Source: a virus
Virus record (IMG/VR): IMGVR_UViG_3300029251_000043
DNA: 36,511 bases
Direction: 5' to 3' (one strand)
Of the stretch, positions 1 through 5,199 are shown piece by piece. A program made the position numbers and the translations under genes. The notes beneath the pieces are model-generated. The model saw nothing but the letters and a program-made list of their open reading frames with translations, had not been told where the DNA came from and searched no databases. How positions within the stretch are numbered: the first letter of the stretch is position 1; each line of letters begins with the position of its first letter.

Positions 1-99
1 AACCGGGCGATCCGGATCAATAACATTCTCCCTCTGCATATGCAGGGGAGTTTTTTAAAAAAATAAATAAAAAAGATTTATAAAACACTTGACAAGTAA
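1..99. repeat. 99-bp exact terminal direct repeat, copy 1 (identical to 36413-36511)
   Basis: Letter-for-letter identity of 1-99 and 36413-36511. Bases 1-23 duplicate the 3' end of the CDS ending at 36435. This implies a circular or terminally redundant unit of 36,412 bp. Confidence 0.95.
28..56 (+). terminator. rho-independent terminator (same element as 36440-36468)
   Basis: CTCCC(T)CTGC / GCAGGGGAG stem with one bulged T, followed by TTTTTT at 51-56. Confidence 0.75.
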
Positions 100-117
100 G
101 CTTAAATAATGTATAAT
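89..117 (+). promoter_or_regulatory. promoter A: consensus sigma-A/sigma-70 type promoter
   Basis: TTGACA (89-94), 17-nt spacer, TG-extended TATAAT (TG 110-111, TATAAT 112-117). An A/T-rich UP-like tract AAAAAATAAATAAAAAA lies upstream. Paralogous to 34823-34851. Confidence 0.8.
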
Positions 118-163
118 TATAGTCACAAAGAACAAGAAAACAACCTGACAGGAGGAAGAAACC

Positions 164-388
164 ATGAAAGAAAAGTACAAGCAGCAGCTTTCCACCGCCG
201 CGCGCGAAGTCCTCGAACACTCCGGCCTGAGCTTTTGCCTTATGGATGGCGACAAGATGGCCGTATCTCCGCGCGCCAAGGCCATCAAATTGGTCAAGGC
301 GTATCCCGCCGAGATACAGGAGATCAAGGCCGCGCTGATGGCCGAGGAAGCCGAAGAGCGCGAAACCGCCGAGCGCCGGAGAGGGTAA
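164..388 (+). CDS. hypothetical 74-aa protein expressed from promoter A
   Basis: ORF-track 164..388. AGGAGGAA sits 6 nt upstream of ATG. I recognised no motif. Confidence 0.7.
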   Translation: MKEKYKQQLSTAAREVLEHSGLSFCLMDGDKMAVSPRAKAIKLVKAYPAEIQEIKAALMAEEAEERETAERRRG

Positions 389-414
389 GCAACAAGCCAA
401 ATTGATGCAAGGCA

Positions 415-591
415 TCAGCAAAGATTCCTTCGAACGCCAAAAAGTCTTGCTAGATTAACATAATTATCCATTGAGGGTTTTGTCTTTCCGCTTTCCCAGT
501 TGCTAACAGAAGGTGCAGCCACGCCGAGAGCAACGGCAACGTATTTCTGGCTAAGGTTTGACTTTTCTCTGCATTGTTTGATTCTGTTCAT
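415..591 (-). CDS. XRE-family helix-turn-helix repressor-like protein, 58 aa (below the ORF-track cutoff)
   Basis: Hand translation of the minus strand gives MNRIKQCREKSNLSQKYVAVALGVAAPSVSNWESGKTKPSMDNYVNLARLFGVRRNLC. This is a classic XRE HTH (LSQ..VA..LGVS..SVS.WE.G...P). AAGGAGGG lies 8 nt upstream of ATG (591). Divergent from the Cro-like gene at 740. Confidence 0.8.
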   Translation of the reverse strand: MNRIKQCREKSNLSQKYVAVALGVAAPSVSNWESGKTKPSMDNYVNLARLFGVRRNLC

Positions 592-612
592 TTTTCAGCC
601 CTCCTTTACACC

Positions 613-641
613 ATTATATAGCTAAAAACTATCTTGGTAAA
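613..641 (-). promoter_or_regulatory. leftward promoter for the 415-591 repressor-like gene
   Basis: On the minus strand: TTTACC (641-636), 17-nt spacer, TATAAT (618-613). Operator O1 fills the spacer. Confidence 0.55.
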
Positions 642-707
642 GAATAAAAAAATAGTTAAAAACTATTTACAATAGCTCGAAACTATGATATAATAGCCAT
701 GAACTAA
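618..707. promoter_or_regulatory. operator cluster: three 15-bp ATAG-N7-CTAT sites plus one degenerate site
   Basis: ATAGCTAAAAACTAT (618-632), ATAGTTAAAAACTAT (652-666, perfect 6-3-6 palindrome) and ATAGCTCGAAACTAT (672-686). A degenerate ATAGCCATGAACTAA lies at 693-707. The sites overlap both divergent promoters. Confidence 0.7.
666..694 (+). promoter_or_regulatory. rightward promoter for the Cro-like gene / early operon
   Basis: TTTACA (666-671), 17-nt spacer, TG-extended TATAAT (TG 686-687, TATAAT 689-694). Operators overlap the -35 box and the spacer. Confidence 0.6.
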
Positions 708-739
708 GAAAATAACCGATAGCTAAGGCAGGTGATAAA

Positions 740-940
740 GTGATTAGACAGTGGCTAAAGGATATCCGCATCGAGAAAGGGCTGAGGCAAAAAGACATTG
801 CCGAAATGGCCGGCATTTCTCAGCCGTCCTACTGGCAAATCGAGTGCGGCCTGTGCGACCCTACGGTTGACACCGCGAAAAAGATTGCTCACGCATTGAG
901 TGTTGACTGGACGCGATTCTTCCAAGACAAGGAGGTTTGA
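740..940 (+). CDS. XRE-family HTH regulator (Cro-like), 66 aa
   Basis: ORF-track 740..940 with GTG start. Motif GLRQKDIAEMAGISQPSYWQIECG. Confidence 0.8.
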   Translation: MIRQWLKDIRIEKGLRQKDIAEMAGISQPSYWQIECGLCDPTVDTAKKIAHALSVDWTRFFQDKEV

Positions 941-942
941 CC

Positions 943-1212
943 ATGAAAAAGCGCCAGCGGAATTGGAGCGCGGAGGATGAGCTTTTCCGGCGGCAGGTTG
1001 GTCAGCTCTGCGGCGTGTCCGGCATGGACAAAGCCGAGCTGGCGCTGAACCTCGGCGTATCGAAAAAGACGCTCTACAACCGGATCAACCACCCGGAAAC
1101 GCTGACCAAGCGCGAAGAGCGTAGGCTCTACGAGCTGATGCAAGCCGAAGGGCTTGAGTATCAAGCGGGTTTCGACGGCGTGGAACTCCCACGCCTGAGA
1201 ATCGCAAGGTAA
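943..1212 (+). CDS. small putative DNA-binding protein (HTH-like)
   Basis: ORF-track 937..1212. I prefer ATG 943, 7 nt after AAGGAGG. It has an LGVSKKTLYNRI HTH-like segment. Confidence 0.6.
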   Translation: MKKRQRNWSAEDELFRRQVGQLCGVSGMDKAELALNLGVSKKTLYNRINHPETLTKREERRLYELMQAEGLEYQAGFDGVELPRLRIAR

Positions 1213-1295
1213 AAAAAAGAACCGCCCGTGCAGCAACACGAGCGGAAGCTAATGGAAAATTTAAACCATGTCTATTATAGCATAGAAAGGATGAA

Positions 1296-2294
1296 ATGTC
1301 AACCATGAAAGCCTACAAAGGGTTTAACAAGGACATGACATGCACTCCGAAAGGCGGAAAGCCGTTCCAGTACAAGGAGGGCGAGACCTATGAGGAGCCG
1401 GAAGCATATCTCTGCAAGAGAGGTTTCCACGCGTGCCTTGACCCGCTGGACTGCCTGAACTACTACGACATCTGCAATGGCGTATACCACGAGGTCGAGC
1501 TTGACGACGTGTTCGAAGAACATCATCCGGAAGACACGAAGGTTTGCGGCAGGAAGATCAAGATCGGCGCGAAGCTGAGCATCAAAGATATCGTAAAATC
1601 GTCTGTCGATTTTACGATGGAACGCGTCAAAAAAGAGGGCGGCACAAATTCGGGTGACTACGCCAATCTCGCCAGCAGCGGTGACTACGCCAATCTCGCC
1701 AGCAGCGGTGACTACGCCAATCTCGCCAGCAGCGGTGACAACGCCAATCTCGCCAGCAGCGGTTACTACGCCAATCTCGCCAGCAGCGGTGACTACGCCA
1801 ATCTCGCCAGCAGCGGAAACAACGCCAAGCTCGCCAGCAGCGGTTACTACGCCAAGCTCGCCAGCAGCGGTGACAACGCCAATCTCGCCAGCAGCGGTTA
1901 CTACGCCAAGCTCGCCAGCAGCGGTGACTACGCCAAGCTCGCCAGCAGCGGAAACAACGCCAATCTCGCCAGCAGCGGTGACTACGCCAATCTCGCCAGC
2001 AGCGGTGACAACGCCAATCTCGCCAGCAGCGGTGACTACGCCAATCTCGCCAGCAGCGGTGACTACGCCAAGCTCGCCAGCAGCGGAAACAACAATGTTG
2101 TAATGTCGGCGGGCATTGACGGAAAAGTTAAAGCCGCAATTGGAAACTGGATCGCGATTGCCGAATGGCAAATTCGCGGTGGGCATTTCGTCCCTGTCGG
2201 CATCGTATCGGCACAGGTGGACGGCGAAAAAGTCAAAGCGGACACTTGGTACAAGTGCGAAAACGGACAGCTCATGGAGGCGGAGGAGGAGTAA
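1296..2294 (+). CDS. early protein: conserved N-terminal domain (KAYKGF..GFHAC type, resembles the DUF7666 family from memory) plus 16 nonapeptide repeats
   Basis: ORF-track 1296..2294. The central region is SG[DNY][YN]A[NK]LAS x16, and the C-terminal domain is non-repetitive. Confidence 0.8.
   Translation: MSTMKAYKGFNKDMTCTPKGGKPFQYKEGETYEEPEAYLCKRGFHACLDPLDCLNYYDICNGVYHEVELDDVFEEHHPEDTKVCGRKIKIGAKLSIKDIVKSSVDFTMERVKKEGGTNSGDYANLASSGDYANLASSGDYANLASSGDNANLASSGYYANLASSGDYANLASSGNNAKLASSGYYAKLASSGDNANLASSGYYAKLASSGDYAKLASSGNNANLASSGDYANLASSGDNANLASSGDYANLASSGDYAKLASSGNNNVVMSAGIDGKVKAAIGNWIAIAEWQIRGGHFVPVGIVSAQVDGEKVKADTWYKCENGQLMEAEEE
1650..2093 (+). repeat. 16 tandem in-frame 27-bp repeats plus a partial 17th
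   Basis: The unit AGCGGTGACTACGCCAATCTCGCCAGC is repeated head to tail over 1650-2081. Variation is confined to codons 2, 3, 4 and 6 of the unit. Confidence 0.95.
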
Positions 2295-2297
2295 TTT

Positions 2298-2462
2298 ATG
2301 CTTAAAGCGCAGTTTATCGGATTCTTCGCCCGGCTGCTTGAAGGGCTGGGCATGGTGCTTGCGTATGCGCTGGCGGTTGGCGTGGTCGGTGCGGCGCTGC
2401 TGCTGGTGTGCTGCATCCTCGCGGAAATGGACAAGGACAAGGAGGGAAAGAAGAATGTGTGA
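2298..2462 (+). CDS. small hydrophobic membrane protein, 54 aa (not in ORF track)
   Basis: Hand translation gives MLKAQFIGFFARLLEGLGMVLAYALAVGVVGAALLLVCCILAEMDKDKEGKKNV. GGAGGAGGAG lies just upstream. It overlaps the next start. Confidence 0.6.
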   Translation: MLKAQFIGFFARLLEGLGMVLAYALAVGVVGAALLLVCCILAEMDKDKEGKKNV

Positions 2463-2679
2463 TATCTGCCACAGCTTCCCGTGTTTGAGCAGTTGCCCGA
2501 ACGCCAAACCCGATGTCCCTGTATGTCAGTGCAGCAGATGCAAGACGACGATCTATGAGGGCGACAAAATCGCGGAGATCGGCAGCAAGATTTTGTGCGA
2601 GGATTGCGCCGACAGCATCAGCACGACAGAGTGGCTTGAGCTGCTCGGCACCGGATGGACGTTTGCGGAGGCAGTCTGA
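2455..2679 (+). CDS. Cys-rich zinc-ribbon-like protein, 74 aa
   Basis: This is the C-terminal part of ORF-track 2116..2679, starting at ATG 2455 after AAGGAGGG. Sequence MCDICHSFPCLSSC...CQCSRC...LCEDC. Confidence 0.65.
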   Translation: MCDICHSFPCLSSCPNAKPDVPVCQCSRCKTTIYEGDKIAEIGSKILCEDCADSISTTEWLELLGTGWTFAEAV

Positions 2680-2681
2680 AA

Positions 2682-3635
2682 ATGAAAGAAATCTACACCG
2701 TGTACAAGGACACGCGCAACATGAGCCGTGCAGAATGGCTCGCGGCTCGAAAAGCCGGTATCGGCGGAAGCGATGCAGCCGCGATCATCGGCTTGAACCC
2801 GTTCTCATCGCCGCTCACGGTCTGGGCGGATAAGACCAGCACGGACGAGCCGCAGGAAGAGAGCGAGAGCGAAGCGATCTGGCTCGGAAACGTGCTGGAA
2901 GACCATGTTGCGAGACGATACGCCGAAGAGAGCGGCCTGAACATCGTCAGATGCAATCAGATGATGCGGAGCATTGAGCATCCCTACATGCTGGCAAATA
3001 TCGACCGCCGCGTCAAGGGCAAGAGGATCGGCGTTGAGATCAAGACGACATCAGCCTTCACGAAGACCGACTTTGCCGGAGGGGATGTCAACCCGTGGTA
3101 CTACGCTCAGTGCATGCATTACCTCGCGGTCACGGGTTGGGACGAGTGGAAGCTCGTCGTGCTGGTCATCGGTCGCGGGCTGTATACATACAGCTTCAAG
3201 CGCAAGGGAAACGAAGACCAGATCAAGGCACTGATTTCCGCCGAGGAATTTTTCTGGCGCGAGTATGTCGAGCAAGGCAAATGCCCGCCCGTTGACGGAA
3301 GCAAGGCGGCGGATGAGATACTAGCCAAGCGTTATCCTGTATCTGACGGCTCGACCATCACGCTTGACTGCGACGACGCAATCAGTCAGTACATGACGCT
3401 GACGAGCAAAATCAAAGAGCTTGAGGGAGATAAAGCCCTGTATGAGCAGCGCATCAAGGAGTGCATGGGCGAATCTGAGCGCGGAGAAAGTGCGAACTAC
3501 ATCGTAAGCTGGAAAAACAGCAGCCCGCGAAAGACCATCGACACCAAGCGGCTCACAGAAGAGCACCCCGAAATCGTTGACAGATATATCAAGATTGGCG
3601 CACCTACGCGCCGATTCACAGTCAAGGAGGCATAA
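2682..3635 (+). CDS. YqaJ-like (lambda-exonuclease type) recombination exonuclease
   Basis: ORF-track 2655..3635, probable start ATG 2682. Motifs RAEWLAARKAGIGGSDAAAIIGLNPFSSP and EIKT. It lies next to recT. Confidence 0.8.
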   Translation: MKEIYTVYKDTRNMSRAEWLAARKAGIGGSDAAAIIGLNPFSSPLTVWADKTSTDEPQEESESEAIWLGNVLEDHVARRYAEESGLNIVRCNQMMRSIEHPYMLANIDRRVKGKRIGVEIKTTSAFTKTDFAGGDVNPWYYAQCMHYLAVTGWDEWKLVVLVIGRGLYTYSFKRKGNEDQIKALISAEEFFWREYVEQGKCPPVDGSKAADEILAKRYPVSDGSTITLDCDDAISQYMTLTSKIKELEGDKALYEQRIKECMGESERGESANYIVSWKNSSPRKTIDTKRLTEEHPEIVDRYIKIGAPTRRFTVKEA

Positions 3636-3639
3636 AAGC

Positions 3640-4566
3640 ATGGAAAGACAGGCAAGAAACACGGCGGGAATTATCACAAACGCAACCGCCAGCCGCGCAC
3701 CAGTCGCGGCGACTACGACCGCACCCGTCGCAGCGCGAACCGTCAACCAGATTCTGAATGGCATGTTCGATTCCGAGGGCTACAAAAAACGCCTGAACGA
3801 TCTGCTGGGTGATCGAGCACCGCAATTTATCTCGGCGGTCATCACGCTTTGCAATGCGGATGCAAACCTGACGGCGGCGGTTCGCCAAGCCCCGCAGACG
3901 GTCATTCAGGCGGCGCTCAAGGCCGCGAGCTATGATCTTCCGGTTGATAACGCGCTCGGTTTCGCCTACATTGTGCCGTTCAATAACAGCAAAAAGACGG
4001 ATGACGGAAGCTGGATCAAGATTCCGGAAGCGCAGTTTATCCTCGGTTACAAGGGCATGATTCAGCTCGCGCTCAGAACCGGGGCATACAAGCGGCTGAA
4101 CGTGATGGACGTGCGCGAGGGGGAGCTGATCTCCTGCGATAGATTGACCGAAGACTTTGAGTTCCGCTGGGAACAGGACGAGACGGAGCGCGAAAAGCTG
4201 CCGATCATCGGCTATGTCGGCTATTATCGCCTTGTGAATGGCACGGAGAAGACGGTATATATGAGCATTCAGCAGATCGAGGCGCACGAAGCGAAGAACC
4301 GAAAGGGAAAGAATCAGGGCAAAGGATGGCGCGACGACTGGGACGCTATGGCGCGGAAAACCGTCATGCGCCGCTTGCTCGGACGCTGGGGCGTTATGTC
4401 CATCGACTACAAGAGCGCATCGCCCGCCGCACTGAAAGCGGCGCATGATATAAGCGCAGGGCTGGTCGATGATGAATCCCCTCTGCCTGATGGCATCGTA
4501 GATGTGACAGACACTGGAACGGCGCATGACGCGCCGGAGAACGTGCCCGAAGACAAAGAACAATAA
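3640..4566 (+). CDS. recT: RecT-family single-strand annealing recombinase
   Basis: ORF-track 3577..4566, start ATG 3640 after AAGGAGG. Carries a GYKGMIQLALRTGAYK type RecT core. Confidence 0.85.
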   Translation: MERQARNTAGIITNATASRAPVAATTTAPVAARTVNQILNGMFDSEGYKKRLNDLLGDRAPQFISAVITLCNADANLTAAVRQAPQTVIQAALKAASYDLPVDNALGFAYIVPFNNSKKTDDGSWIKIPEAQFILGYKGMIQLALRTGAYKRLNVMDVREGELISCDRLTEDFEFRWEQDETEREKLPIIGYVGYYRLVNGTEKTVYMSIQQIEAHEAKNRKGKNQGKGWRDDWDAMARKTVMRRLLGRWGVMSIDYKSASPAALKAAHDISAGLVDDESPLPDGIVDVTDTGTAHDAPENVPEDKEQ

Positions 4567-4781
4567 AAACCGCAAGGGCTAACCCCTTGCGCATGGTGCG
4601 CAGCTCAGGAGAGCAGCTTCAAGGCGGCAAGCAGCGTCAAGAAGAAGGGACGGGTCGATACCGCAGCGCGCCGAACAGAAGAAGTTTGGGTAAGTCAAGC
4701 ACGAAGAAGCTGCTTGAAACGGTGAAAGCTCCAACAGAAGGGAGGATAGCGGAGCAAGGGCAAATTACGATCATACTGACG

Positions 4782-4977
4782 GCTCGGAAAGACGGGCACC
4801 GCACATTTCATTTCTGGCGCTTCGGAAAGACGAAGAACGTGTCCTTTAGCATCGACAGATCGGAAAGACGATCAACAAAATTGACAGCCGGAGAGACGGC
4901 AGAAAGACAAAACTGTTTTTCACATCTGACGGCGGGAAAGACCGCACACCATTTTTTCTGGCAGCCGGAAAGACGGC
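4782..4977 (+). repeat. array of six stem-loops with conserved GARAGA loop and covarying stems
   Basis: Hairpins at 4782-4797, 4820-4835, 4858-4873, 4887-4900, 4932-4945 and 4964-4977. Five loops are GAAAGA and one is GAGAGA. The stems are GCUCG/CGGGC, CUUCG/CGAAG, GAUCG/CGAUC, GCCG/CGGC, GCGG/CCGC and GCCG/CGGC. Confidence 0.85.
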
Positions 4978-5032
4978 AAATAAAAGACGTTTCACAGACG
5001 GCCTGCCGTCGGGCTAAAACGGCGGCACTCAT

Positions 5033-5166
5033 GGCAAGCATGGAAGGCATCGCGCGGGTGCAACACCCCCCCTATTCGTCAAGGTTTCTTCCTTTCCTTC
5101 CATTCTTATGCAAAATTGACGCGAAGCACCTTGCCCACGCGCCCGGTTCGAATCCGGGGCTTGCCA
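5033..5166 (+). ncRNA. tRNA-like module (T arm plus 7-bp acceptor-like helix); not a canonical tRNA
   Basis: CCCGG-TTCGAAT-CCGGG (5142-5158) is followed by GCTTGCC (5159-5165), which is complementary to GGCAAGC (5033-5039). A stacked 8-bp helix pairs 5040-5047 with 5096-5103. Total length is 134 nt, with no recognisable D or anticodon arm and no encoded CCA. Confidence 0.5.
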
Positions 5167-5199
5167 CAATTTTTCAAAAAAGCGAAAGGGGATAATAGA

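Larger units (their letters stand above)
4567..5170 (+). ncRNA. candidate large structured non-coding RNA; class unknown, boundaries approximate
   Basis: A 630-nt gap in an otherwise tightly packed genome. The only long ORF has no SD. About 11 GC-stemmed hairpins are present, about ten with purine-rich loops, and the region ends in a tRNA-like module. Confidence 0.55.

Noticed and set aside
2116-2454. N-terminal extensions offered by the ORF track (2116-2679, 10967-11152, 5116-5199, 13945-13983, 17445-17630)
   Set aside because: The extensions overlap upstream genes in other frames and lack RBS. Internal starts with good AGGAGG spacing give products that begin where the recognisable domains begin.
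1299-2507. 402-aa minus-strand ORF and the 149-aa + strand ORF (1654-2103) over the 27-bp repeats
   Set aside because: All frames stay open across a perfect tandem repeat. Only the 1296-2294 frame has an RBS, non-repetitive flanking domains and a recognisable N-terminal family.
4782-4977. CRISPR-like reading of the six repeated hairpins
   Set aside because: The conserved unit is only ~14-21 nt with variable stems. The spacers are 8-25 nt and irregular. No cas genes and no leader are present. The units covary as hairpins rather than repeating exactly.
5033-5166. Canonical tRNA, suppressor tRNA or tmRNA call
   Set aside because: The element is 134 nt with no D arm or anticodon arm at standard positions. 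No CUA or UCA triplet sits in a proper U33/R37 loop context. There is no G3-U70 pair, resume codon or tag ORF, and no encoded CCA. Only the T arm and acceptor-like helix are tRNA-like.
5142-5166. attP core derived from a tRNA 3' end
   Set aside because: This cannot be excluded, but no integrase exists anywhere in the complete genome. The matching 5' acceptor strand and a stacked helix are also present, which a simple 3'-end att fragment would not need.
4587-5195. 202-aa ORF spanning the recT-to-replication-gene gap
   Set aside because: It has a TTG start with no Shine-Dalgarno sequence, in a genome where real genes almost always have AGGAGG-like sites. Its composition (R/K/G/E/T runs such as RKDG, GKTK, ERRS) is the direct translation of repeated GAAAGA hairpins. 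The region has clear hairpin covariation that is independent of the frame.
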